DNA from: Vicugna vicugna
Taxonomy: Eukaryota
DNA length: 64,000 bases
Assembly: GCA_013265495.1 (NCBI GenBank)
Contig: MU058781.1
Span: 2,272,158 to 2,336,157 of the forward strand
Direction: 5' to 3'
Positions 38,627-50,545 of this stretch are shown piece after piece. The position numbers and the translations under genes were made by a program. The notes beneath the pieces are model-generated. The model was given only the letters and a program-made list of their open reading frames with translations. It was not told the DNA's origin and searched no databases. The stretch's first letter is position 1; each line of letters opens with the position of its first letter.

Positions 38627-39869
38627 GCAACATTAAAATAAGACAGTAACAACTGGTCATCTTCTATGACTCTTACCATAAAATTACAGGTGTTCACATT
38701 TCTCAACTATTTTGGCTGCTCAAAAAAGAAGAGCTAATGGTATCTTCTGGGCAAGGGTTACTTCAGAGTTGTTCTCTGATTTGTCTTTTCTACCAGTTCT
38801 TCCCTCATTCTGTTTGTTCTTTTATGCCTTCTTCTGAAATACTGCTGAACTAAGTTTGTTAGCTGTCTTCCATTTTTGTTACTAGCTGACAAACTCACCA
38901 CCTGGGAGAGCTGAATTTAAATTTTTTTATAATTAGTGCAATTTAAGAAACCACAGCTAAAGAATATTTAGTTTTTACATTTCTGTCCTCACAAAAATCT
39001 TGAAATCACAGAAGCTTAACCTTTCTAAGTTGTCAAGTTTATTTTCCTTGCTTTAAGCTACAACCCTCTTAAACTATCCCAGGAAATGAGAATTTCTTCA
39101 TTTAAAAAAATAATTCCAGAGAGGGAGATTCCACAAGTTTCCTGAGCAAGATATTACAACTCTTGCTGGATGAGTCAAGTCATCCAGCGCTCAGCTCAGC
39201 TCTTCGTGCCTGACTCAGACAGGCTGGGACTTTCTCAGGTCTTGTCTTTGAAATGATGCAATACTTGCCATGGAGACTAATCCAGAATAAAACAGCACAC
39301 GGGGACTAATTGTGATGAGTATTCTGTACAAGGGGACTGTGGTGGTAAGGGTGGTGGTATTTGGTGCAGGTAGAGGAAGACTTGCCAAATAATTCTGTAT
39401 TATATGTCATATACTATTTCAGCCATCATTCATGTGCACTTAGCTTATGAAAGAGGTAAAAGAATGAAATAAAGAACATAGGTGAAGAAATGATATGAAG
39501 AACAAGCTGGAATGATGAAGAAAAAAAGAGAAGAAAGTAAGAACATTGAGGGATGGGCTGGGAGGAAGATTTGTAAGAATGCTTGGCCAGTGTTGTGTAG
39601 CTGATGACAGCAGGCTTCAAAGTAGCAGTAGAATGGCCATGGGGTAGATTGTCTTACATGTGGGGTGGGGTTTTCTAGAAAGTGGCTCTTACCAGTTAGA
39701 ATCATGTTCTGATCGTTTATTTATGCAGCCAGCATTCACAGAATGCCCATTAGGTGCAAGAAATTAGACACAGTACAGGCCAGAGCAGGCTCTATGTTAA
39801 TATGTCTTTATTAGGAAGAAGAAAGAGGTGGAGGAGGAACATTTTCTGTACATTTACTATTTTACATTA

Positions 39870-40312
39870 TGTAGGTCAAGTTCCTTGGGAAACAGAATCT
39901 GAGATTCTGAGATCTGCCTGCAGAGTGTTCATTGAGAAATGCTCTCAGAACATGTGTGGGAAGAAGGGAGGGAGGCAGAGAGAAGGACTGAGCAGCAGGA
40001 AATCCAGAAAGGCAGTATAGTTGCATGAGATTAGCTAATCCCCAAAGGAGCTCTGGAGCTGAGCTGCCCCTTCAGAATTGTCCTGGAGCCTGGCCTTTGT
40101 ACCCAAGATCAGCCAGTCATTGGATGTAGCAACCCCAGGGAGGGCTCTAAGCCTTGGTCTGGGTAGCTACCTTCTGCTGAGGACAATTCTGGGACAAGAG
40201 CTCAACTGTGGGTCATCAGTGGCCAACACTCCTTCTCCAGGAACTAGGGAATGAGTAACTCCGTGCTGGGGAGATGAGGGCATCTGTGTGCCACACGACG
40301 GTACCCACTACA
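39870..40312 (-). mobile_element. LTR16-like ERVL solo LTR, adjacent to a MIR (40313-40430)
   Basis: Reverse-strand start tgtagtgggtaccgt; internal ggccagtcattggatg-like motif and gggaaacagaatctgaga end. Confidence 0.65.
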
Positions 40313-42619
40313 TATGGGGAAACTGAGGCACAGAGAAGTTAGGTAACTCACTCAAGATCACACAGTAGGTAAGTGGCACCCAGGCAGTCTGGCTTCAGAA
40401 GCTAGGTCTTCAATCACTTATCTCTATACTGTGTGCAAAGAACCTACCAAAATGCTATATCATGGTTGCTCAATAAATTACAGCTATTTTATTTTAGGTG
40501 CTGGTAGTGACTCTTCTTTTCAGTCAGCCCTCATTCTTTCAGCTATCTGAGAGCTAAAAACAGTGGTCTTAAGCATTTTTGTGGAATAGACAGTTAAGTG
40601 TATTTCTGACTCTGCTGAGCTGAAGAGTTCCACAAAGTAATATATTAACCCAATGACAGAAATGAAAGGGTAGCCCCAAATACTGAAGTGGGTGTTGAAT
40701 ACTGTAAATGGATCCCTGCCTTCTCACGTTCATGGGCTACCTTGGAGTTTGGACAATGGAACATCCTCAAGGATCTCTCTACCCCTGGCCCTGCTTGCCA
40801 TCCCTGAGGACCTATGTAATGAGGTTGCTGTTGTCATCCTGAGAACTGGAGGAAAATGAGGTCAGAGCTGCCTGAGGCTTGGGCACCTTTGTAAAGAGGG
40901 AAAGGAAAGGTTGTGCCTATGTTGGTGAAGTGGGGTGAGGGAAACAGGGAGGGGCCCACCTAGAATCTCCCCTGGAGATCCCAGTTATGAAGCACCACCT
41001 CTAACCATGTTTCAGAAGGAAATTTATTTTTAAAAAGAGAAAAACCCTGCAAACTGTATGAATTCTGCAGGCCAGTTTAAATTGCAGCTGAAAACTCCCT
41101 CCATCTCCTCCCTGTAGCTTGCATTCCCCAGGGTCAGGGACTGTCCCTGGACAGAAGTGGAGTGGTTAGAGAAGAGGGAACACAACATTTGTGGAAGACA
41201 CAGGCACTGGGAGTCTGAACCAACACGAGCACCCTGAGGGTGTCCACAGCACTGCCTTGAGACGTCTCCTGGGAGCTGCCTCATTCAGAGGATTCACTGC
41301 CCTCTGCCTGAGCCTGCAGACTCTGCCTCTGGGACTTCCCCAGTGCCTGAGGGCATCCACCTGGGCAGCTATTATACAGGGAAAACAATGGCTGCATAGC
41401 AATCCTCCTCTAGCTGGGAAGTTGGAGCATGAAGCCTGCAGAGGGAGATACTTAAGCAATGAAACAGGTGGGTGATCCTTGCCTGGATCCATGACCCAGT
41501 AACCATGGAGTAACCAGTGAGAAGCTGATGTCCCCAAAAATCACCTTCCCTTCTGCACTGCCTCTGCTCTACTCAAAGATGAGATGACTAGAAGCTCACC
41601 AGCACCCTCCCATCTTCTCTTCCCATCGTCCACTGCTTACACCATTCTGAATGCTTCCCTCATGTCAGGTCATTAATCCCTTATGGTCACTCTGTGGTTA
41701 TGCACTGTTTTTATTTCCACTTGACAGATTTGGAAATAGAAGATAAAAGAAATACCTGGCTCAGTGTCAGTACAGGTGGAGCTGAGGTACCATCCCAGAG
41801 AGCTGATGATCCTAGAGCTCATGCTTATAACTGCTAGGTTACATTGTCTTCCCCTTCTAACAGAGAACTAGCTGCTTCTTCCCTGGGGTCAGTTTACTCC
41901 CTCATTAGGCAGAAACTCACATCTCCCCTCTCCTTCCTTTATTCTCCTTAGGCACTACGCAGGACTTGGTCACCATGACCAGTTCTCAGTGGCACCCCAT
42001 CACACCAGCTCATCCCACCCCCAAGCATCAATCCTTTGAATCTCCTGGAGTAGCTTCAGGAGGAAATGGGCACATTTAGAATGCTGACTTGCATTGAGGT
42101 GGATTTTGTTTTTAGGGGCTGTAACTGATATTCAGCCAACTAGAAATTAAAGCTGTTAAAAGAAGAGGGGTGTAAATTTCCTGGAAATCAGGATGGGATT
42201 CTGATTTCAATAAGCTTACATAAAGTTGAGTGTTACAGCAAGTTTTGAAATCTCTATGATTTTATAAATGCAACCATTAACTAGTTAATAATTAATTACA
42301 CGAATTAATCATTAAGAAACACAACCATTAGTCAGCCCAGAAGACCTCAAGAGTTAGAAATTTTAAGGCCCAATATTTCACATAAAGTAACATATTTGAA
42401 GTCTGTCCTTAAATTGATTCTCTAAAACACATTCAACCCAAATTCACTAATTGGAAAATGTTGCATTAAGTCACACTTTCAAAATGGCACCTAACAGAGA
42501 GCAGAAAGGAAACAGCCCCAGGTAAGCCCTCTCTGCCCATTTCAGGGGCCAGAAGATGGCAGAAGAGACTATACTGCTCAGGAATGCAGAAAAATCTGAG
42601 GTCAAGTCCAGTCAACATA

Positions 42620-43570
42620 CCAGGTCACTCAGTTTTTATTATGAGGGTAATATTTGTCAGCCACTGTATCAAATACAATGTAAAAATTGTAGAATGTTAG
42701 GGTTGGCAAGGACCCAGGAGACAAAAACTCCTGTTTTGGAGCCATTTACAATTTGGTTACAATGTTAAGATTCATGTGTGAGTAGAAATAAGACAATACT
42801 ACACATAAACAGTGACTGAGAGATGCTATAAAACCTCAGAGAAAGGAAAAACCAATTTGGGCTAGAGTTGGTCATCAGAGATTTTTAAGAATATGTGATT
42901 TCAAGTGGTCTATGAAAGCAGAAAACTGGAGAAGCACGTAGGCCCTTCGTTCAAGGAAAGTGTGAATATGCATAGAGCAGTGACAGAAAAAGCCTAGGGA
43001 TCAACACTGGAGAAGACACAAGCCTTCCTGGAGAATAGAGCAGCCTTCCTGGGGAGAGGAGTGCCAGAAGTCTAGGTAGGCAGGTAAGCTCTTAAATCAA
43101 AAGTTTGGAATTGGTCTCATAAGGTAGAAGGGAGCCACTGCAGTTTCTTGAGTAGCAGATCACACTTCTCAAGCAGGCTCATGATGTTTAAAACAAAAAA
43201 CCGAAAACAGTGCTTTGGGAAGATTAATTTGAAATCTGAGTGGTAGTTGGATGGATTGATAATGAGAGGACAATGAAGAGATGATCTGATCATCTAGGTA
43301 CAAATTAATAAGAGCCTGCAAAGAGGGGGCAGTAGGATTGGGGGAAAAGGGATGAACCTAGCAAAAGGAAAAACATAGGATTTGGTGGCTGATTAATCAG
43401 GGAACAAAAAGGGGATTATCACTAGAAAATAACAATGTCTTTGACAGATGAGTGTCTCTGAGACTGTAACTGAGCTAGAATTAAGAAGTCAGGGAGCTGG
43501 TTTGTTGGGGTAGGTGATGAATCTGTCTTACCCATGCTTAGTGTGAGTGAGGTGGGACATCCATACTAGA
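42620..43570 (-). mobile_element. L2 LINE fragments
   Basis: Purine-rich antisense L2: gggagccactgcagtttcttgagtag...ggatttggtggctgatt. Confidence 0.55.
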
Positions 43571-44812
43571 ATCTGGGTTTGATTAGACCATCAATCCTGG
43601 CTACAGACACTGCTGACTTTAAGTTGACTCTTCTTAACATGAAGCTAATAGGTACATAAAGCTGAGATTTTTACAGTATTATTCTAATTCTACAAAATTT
43701 TTTTGGTACTCTTTTCTATTTTTAGTTTTGTTTTCATTAAATTCTATGATTTAAACAAGCAGTCATCTTGATATTTTTCAAGCACAGTAGAGCTAGGTTC
43801 AGGGCTCAGATCTTTCAGGCCAAAATCAAAGACCAGCAAAGTACCAGAGAGGAGGAAGCAGAACCTCCAGGCCTCTTTGATTTGAACTTTCTGAATTTCC
43901 TCTCCTTAGCATTTCAGAGCGTCATTTTTTTCTTATAATAAATAAATCATAATCCTAGGCATTACCTCTGCCTAGCATTATGATTCTATAGGATTGGAAT
44001 ATTTTGTCCAGTTTCTGAAATCAGATGTTTATATGATACCTTACATTTAAGTTAAAAAAGTCTCAAACATTAATTAGTATCCCCAAAGATGCACCATTTT
44101 TAACTTTTAACTCTAAAAATAATTTAAAATATTCTCAAAACATTTTTTAAAAATCTGTTTTTCTCCCATTCATTCACACTTTAAGACTTCATTCATCAGA
44201 TTGTGGTCAGCTGGGCTAGGAAAACAAGAAGGGATCAAGTGATGTGATTGGTTTGTAAATAGTTGAAAATGTGTACTTGCCATTTGGTCGGGTGATTTGT
44301 CCTTAAGATGAAACCTGAGCCCACAAAAAATTGATGTGGGATCTGAACATGGAAAAATGTATTTGCATTTCTTAGGTAAATCTGTCACTCTGTGTGTGCT
44401 GTAAAATGGCATTATTCCTCCATTGGAAATTGCACTTCCTACGCAACATACACCACTCTGCTCCCCCCCCAGACTTCCCCAAGCAAAGTTCAAAATCCTT
44501 TCTGCCTTTGTAGTCAATCCCATGGTGAAACCATTAATTTAGTCCCCAGTTTGGGCTCACTTGAGAAGAACTTCAAGATAAGATTCTTTCCAAAAGAGCA
44601 TTTAATAGTTAGCCAGTACAAAAGGTAGGTATGAGTAACTCCTGAATTGGGTTCTTCAGAGCAAGTTGTGAAATAAAAGAGAAAGCCAAAGCTCACAGAC
44701 AAAGAAGAAAGACAAGAAATTTTGTATTTAATAAAATCAAAAGCTGCTATGTGTAGAGGCACTGATATTATAGACAAATAGATTGCTTCCCAATACAGCC
44801 ATATGAACTTAC

Positions 44813-44965
44813 CAGATTCAGGAATGTCAAGTACTTCCATTGTCCACCATTTATAAAGAGTTTGGATTTCCGCGGATCCCCTGCTTGTTGTGAGATATGA
44901 AAATTGAGGAAGACATACCAGCTAAAAACGAGAAAGTGGTATATGCACGTAGAAGTCCGCGTCAT
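44813..44965 (-). CDS. ADTRP: ADTRP coding exon 1 (aa 1-51, includes catalytic Thr47)
   Basis: ATG at 44965-44963; MTRTSTCIYHFLVFSWYVFLNF...GQWKYLTFLNL; donor CTG|gtaagt at 44812. Confidence 0.97.
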
Positions 44966-45400
44966 GGCTAGCTCTGACCAGGGAACTGTAAATGTCTCAA
45001 GTAGCTTCTCTCTGGCATACCTCTGCAGGTCACAGCTGAAGTCCTAAGGCAGAAGAGAGCTGTAAAACACGCCCTTCTGGGACTGAGAGTTTCAACATGA
45101 CTGAATTTTGCTTCTCTCATAGGCTCCTTTCCTCATAAACTTGGGAGACAGGATTGTTGCTGATTATCAGATGCCTTCATTTAGATAATAGTAGGTAATC
45201 CACAGATTTGCATAAATATCAGTATGATAGGCTTTGAAAAGGGCAGGGAGCAATGCAAGAAATGTACTTTGCACTGTTTGACTGGGTTGGAGACAAGACT
45301 AAATGACCTTATCATTAAACACCAGTAAACTCTAGTGAAATATCATCATGGTCATATTTTCTTTTCATTTGGGCGGAACAAAGAAGTTGCCATAATGTAT
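44966..45400 (-). promoter_or_regulatory. Putative ADTRP 5' UTR and proximal promoter (non-CpG-island)
   Basis: Unique sequence directly upstream of the ATG, with KLF-, CDX-, GATA-, octamer-, HNF4- and nuclear-receptor-like motifs. The TSS cannot be fixed from sequence alone. Confidence 0.55.
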
Positions 45401-46284
45401 CCTGAGAGAGTGAAAAGCAGGTTGACAAACCAGAAGGGAGAGTTTGTGGACATGTTTAGCTCATGGAGGGAAGTAAACAGAAGGAAAAAGCGTGTTGTAA
45501 CTTATTCCTTTGGCCTCCAGGGCCTTCTAAAACCTGAAACAACCCTTGATCCTCCAGGGAGCAGCCCCAGGGTTTAGGTTTTTTGGGGTTTTTTTTTCTT
45601 TTTTCAATTTTTTTATCTATATCCTAGAGAACCAAGAGTTATGGAGAGCTGTCCTGGACACTCCACTTGCATAGGCATCTCTATTCCCTGGAAGGAGAGA
45701 AGCAAAGCCAGAGATCTGTGGTCAAGAGAATCAGAAAAAGATGTGTGGTCACTTCCCCAACATACCTGGGTTTAGACATTGCTAGGAGAGAATGAGGGTC
45801 TCTACATTGCCTTGGAGAAGGCAAGAATTTGCTTAGGCTGGGTAAAGCTTTCAGAACTGAGGCTCTGCCTCACACTCTACAGAAGGGACCTGAGAGAGCT
45901 GGAAATGTGATACCTTGTGACATCACCAGCTCGTTTCCCTGGGTAACTGACTCAGAGGGTTCTGAGCAAATCCCTGAGGAAAATGCTCCTGATGCAGTTA
46001 CATAAGTCAGCAGTTGTTCAGTGATTTTTAACCAGGGCTTATAAGTACTGGGAGAAAGAACTGCAGGCTATACATGGGTTATAAAACAAAAACAAACCTA
46101 TTTCCTCAGAGTCATTGGATCCCAAACATCAGGAATTATAAATGGGGGTAGATGAAGCCTGAGCCAGTAATATGGAGTCTGAATTGTAACCATTCCCAAA
46201 CGAGAGGGTGATCTGGGAAATGGGAGACATAAAACCCTGTACACAACTCCATGGCCTAAGTTAAAATGGTAAATAACAATAGAA

Positions 46285-46500
46285 GCTAATACTGTTACAG
46301 TACTTACTATACGGCAAGCATTGTTCTGACTGCTTTGCACGTATTGACTCATTTAATACTCTAAACATCACTATGAAGTAAGTGCTATTATGACCCCATT
46401 TTCAAATGAGGAGATTGAAGCCCAAGCTGCTAAACAGATGCATTCAAAAACTAGTAAGAGGCAGGCAGAGCTGCAGTCTGCACTCTAACCAGTGTGCCTG
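46285..46500 (-). mobile_element. MIR SINE
   Basis: actcatttaatactctaaac...ctattatgaccccattttcaaatgaggagattgaagcc. Confidence 0.7.
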
Positions 46501-47849
46501 ACCACAATGAACCATTTGCCCTGCATACCCTCAGGCTCCTTTTGCAGTATTTCTCCACTCTGCTGAGCCCCTTTTATTCCTTTCTCTCTCCCATCAGAAA
46601 ACTCTCAGGAAAGGATCAGATATGTTTTGAAACTTGGTGCACATATGAGTTATTGTGCTATGTCTTTCAGGGTGTTTTCATGGTAAACATCATTAAGAAT
46701 TTAGGGGGTTTTAATCCCTTTATACAAAGTCTCAAGCATAGTTCTTCAGATGGGTAAGGATTTGAGGAAAAATGGGAAAAGAAAGAGACAAAGACCTATA
46801 TCTCTGAAATCTATGTGTCTAAAACTAGATATTGGCCTTTTGACACTTGGATTTTTTGGGGGGGAGCATTAGTCTTAATACCTATAGATGAAGCCTCTCA
46901 TAAATATTGATACAATTATTTAAATGTGTTTGTAAGAGAGTTGTTTGACACTGGAATCCAATTGTTAGCACTTTAATAAGTAATAATGTATGTTATATAC
47001 ATACATATATGTGTATACATATTACATATATATATGGATTTGTAATAGAAAATAGGTTATATCTTAATTCAATATATTTTCTTATAAAATTTTCCACAGA
47101 AGTACTGCATAAAGGAAATTCTGAATTGTGACCATATTCACATCATAATTTCTGTCCCTGGTGAATAACCAGATAAACCAGATAAATTTTCATGAGGCAT
47201 TTTGGCCATCTGTCTCCTACTCTGAGACCAGGTGTAGCTTTGGGGAACAATGACAGTGTCACAATATTACAAACTAATACAACTCTACCATTATCCCACC
47301 TTTCTCCATTCTCCCAAGTATTTGGAGACCTCCTGTTATCTCCAGGAGAAATGGGAGAAAAATGTTCATTACCTTAAAGAAAAGACTGACAAAAATTTAA
47401 TTTTGCTACATGGGAAATAGTACAAATATAAAACAAGCACATTTTACATTTGGCATTGAACAGTATCCAGATAACTTGATTATTAAAAGTGACATTCTTT
47501 GAAAATCTCTACCTTCTCAGAGTTTGAAATACCATTCTTTAATTTCACAAGTATCTATCAGTCAACTACTAATTGCCAATCACTTGCTAGTCTCTAGGAT
47601 TTCCTAGGTATTAAGAGAGATCTAATTCCTGCTCTCATAGAGTTTATTATTCTAGCGAGGGGTGCGGGTGGGCAGACATTAAATAATAACACTATCAGGT
47701 ATTAATTTACATGTACCATAGCTTCTGTGAAGGACAAACACAAGGGACTTATTGGGTTCCAGTACCAGACCTGGGGTGGTCGGGAGATCAGGCCCTGAGG
47801 AAGCCATGTGTGAGCAAGGCTGGTAATCCCCACACTCCCAGCATGCTCT

Positions 47850-49365
47850 GACTGTCCTTCTCAGTCTCTTTTGTGAGGTTCTCTTCCTTGGCCAGCTCCT
47901 CATGTGCTGGTATTTCCCAGGGAACTGGTCCAGCCTTTTGTCCATCGCACACTACATACTCACCGTAGTGATTTTGGTGACATGGTTTCTACCACTGCTT
48001 TCTAGTTTATGATCACAATTTTCGTATTTCTTGTCCCAGCCCTCTCCCTGTCCTCATCAAGCTTCAGACATATTTTTGACTACTTGTTTGACATTTCCTG
48101 AATTAGTTAGATGCACCTTAAACTCAGGATGTCTAAAATGAACTCACTAACTTGCCCCAAACCTGACTATTCATCTCTGTTCTCTGTCTGTGAGGATGGC
48201 CCCATCTTCCACCTGGGAATCTTCCTTGTTTCCTCTCTCTCCTTTACTCTCCAAATCCAACTAACCACCAAATCCTGCCAAGTTCATCTCCCAAATCAAA
48301 CTCAAGTCAGTCCTCTTCTTTCCATCCCTTCCACAACTTCCCTAGGTCACATCTTCTCCATCTCTTTCCAGTACTATAGTAACTGTCTTCTGATTGGTTT
48401 TCCTAATTCTAGTCTTATCCTCCAACTCTGTAACTCTGTTCTTCACCAGGTCGGGGAGTGATTCTACCCAAAATACCAGTATTACCACATCTCTCCCCAG
48501 TTTAAGTCCCTTTACTGCATCAATGTCACTTACAGAGTAACATCCAAGTTCCATAACTTTTGACAAACAGCCCACTCCCATCTAGCTTTGGTACTCTTTC
48601 CAGTCTCACTCTTGTCTCCTACTTGATGTTCCTCCTATAACATCAGATTGGTAGTTTTCTAACCATACCTGGCTATGTCACGTCCTAGTGCCTTTACTCC
48701 TACTGTTTCTTCTCCCTGGTGGCCTCCTCTCAACATGTCTTTGACTGGTTATCTCATAACCATATTCTGAAATGCACCTCAGCAGTTTCCTTCTCTAGGA
48801 ACCCTTCCCTGAATCTCTCCCTAACAAGGCTATATTAAACAGTCCCTTCTAGTCTTCGTTAACACCCCATGCATCTCTGCAAATTACATGATGATAAGTG
48901 CCTTAGTCCATTAAGGGTTCTGTAACAAAAATACTACATACTGAGTAACTCATAAACAACAAACACACTAATGGAGCCTAAATTATCCTGCAGATTATCC
49001 TGCCAGTAGATTCTTTCTGGAGAGAGCCTCCTTCATAGGCAGTCATCTTCTTGCGTTGTCCTCACATGTGAGAAAGGGCCAAAGATCTCTCTGGGGCCTC
49101 TTCTGTAAAGGCCCTAATCCCATCATGAGTGCTCCAGTCTCATGACCTAATCACCTTCATAAGTTCCCACCTCTTAATACTATCACTTTGGGGGTTAAGG
49201 TTTCAATTCATGAATTTTGGAGAAACAGTCTACAACAACTAGGAATTAATTTTTTGTGTGCCATTATCTCCCTGGGTTCACAGGTGGTGTGTTTGAATTC
49301 CTAGAGGTTAGCATAGTGCTAGGCACACAGTGAGAACTTAATAAATATCTGTTGCATAAATGAGT
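47850..49365 (+). mobile_element. L2 LINE, interrupted by an MLT1A LTR
   Basis: accttaaactcaggatgtctaaaatgaactc...caccaaatcctgccaagttc...; resumes after the LTR with tagcatagtgctaggcacacag...taataaatatctgttg. Confidence 0.75.
48899..49237 (-). mobile_element. MLT1A-like MaLR solo LTR with an internal substitution block
   Basis: tgccttagtccatt...aaggccctaatcccatcatgag...catgacctaatcacctt...ttgggggttaaggtttcaa. Confidence 0.85.
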
Positions 49366-49984
49366 ATGTGCAAATTGGGTGCACTTGACTACTGAGCCTT
49401 GCTATAAAGCCAGCTTATTCATTAAAAACCTACTATGTTCAAAATGTTCAGCTGCTGGGTTCTGGGGAGGAGAAAGAATTCTAAGATGAGTAAGACATAG
49501 GTTAATTCCTATAGGAATTCATAGTCAAGTGACAGAGACAGATATGTAAACAAAAAATTATGGCACGACATGATAAGTACTATAATAGAGGTATGCATAA
49601 CGTACTAATGGAGCCTAAATTATCCTGCAAATTATTCTGTCATTCTAAATATGCAGAAGATGGGGTTAAAAATGAATGCAATGAGTAAATCATGGGAGAC
49701 GCTAGATGTCATGTAGGAGAATGTAAGAATTAATGTAATCTCACTGAGTAAAGTTGTCATGGCCACCAGCACAGGTAACAATTTTACCTGATAGAGACTG
49801 TAACCCATTCCTAGGCCAGTCACAGAATGATGAGGTACAAAGAGCAGGGGCTCAAACCTGGGCTTGAGTCTATTCCATGACCTTGAGCTGGTCAGACACC
49901 AGCCTCATTGGAGTGTTAGCTCCCTTAAGTGTGAAATAGGGCTTGGGAAATCTGGAGTGGCATTTGTCTCACGTCCTAAAGCCA

Positions 49985-50545
49985 GGACATCTTCTGGACT
50001 AAAGGAGTAATTGATGAGGACTGGCCTCTGTAGAGCCTAGAAGGAAGTCCCAAGCCCACAGAGATAAACAGCCACTCCCACACATATCCTGAAGCCAACC
50101 GTAGTGGAAGCCTCCACAGTGATGGCTGCAGGTAGCACAGTGGTGAGAAAGAATTGAGGATGGTGGAGCTCAGAATTCTTGAGGGTATAGTGAAAAGGTT
50201 GAGGGAGGATTGTTTCATTCTGGAACAAGGTTGAGGGAGGATTGTTTCATTCTGGAACTAAGTAGAGGCCTCCTCCAGCTAATGGTGCTAAACAAACTAA
50301 CCAGTAAGTCCTATTCATTTTAAACTTCAATACAAGACATGTTGGTGGGATTTATCAGTACTCCACTTACCATCTTAATCTAAATAGAACTATTTTGAGA
50401 TGGCTCATTCCCTTTAGAGCTGATATGTACCATTTACAGCCCTTGTAGACTCCCTTAGCTTTACCCTCCCTTTGGTAAATTGTCCCATTATTAAATTCCC
50501 AACTGAGTGGGGCTACCTTTTCCTGCTGGAACTCTAACTGATGGA
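49985..50545 (+). mobile_element. Old ERVL-type LTR
   Basis: 3' end attaaattccc...tttcctgctggaactctaactgat resembles ERVL LTR termini; the 5' boundary is uncertain. Confidence 0.45.
50195..50258. repeat. Perfect 32-bp tandem duplication
   Basis: aaggttgagggaggattgtttcattctggaac x2. Confidence 0.97.

Larger units (their letters stand above)
1817..44965 (-). other. ADTRP: ADTRP gene span, coding exons 1-5 (final exon not found; presumably left of the window)
   Basis: Five exons of 153+135+102+116+152 nt join in frame to give MTRTSTCIYHFLVFSWYVFLNFHISQQAGDPRKSKLFINGGQWKYLTFLNL/LLQAIFYGVACLEDVLKITTGKKDIKLVTAFRDLLFTTLAFPMST/FVFLSFWSLFLYDRELVYPKAMDDLFPVWLNHAL/HTSILPFSLVEVILRPHCYPLKKKGLTLLAAAILAYVSR/VLWIYSETGTWVYPVFAKLSPMGLAAFFSLSYIFIVSIYLFGEKLNHWKW(G). 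This is colinear with human ADTRP (C6orf105) as I recall it. All introns are GT-AG. Confidence 0.97.

Noticed and set aside
35543..44812. Extra in-frame cassette exon in intron 1 (a longer human isoform is recalled)
   Set aside because: I could not identify a supportable candidate by eye; a spliced alignment is needed.
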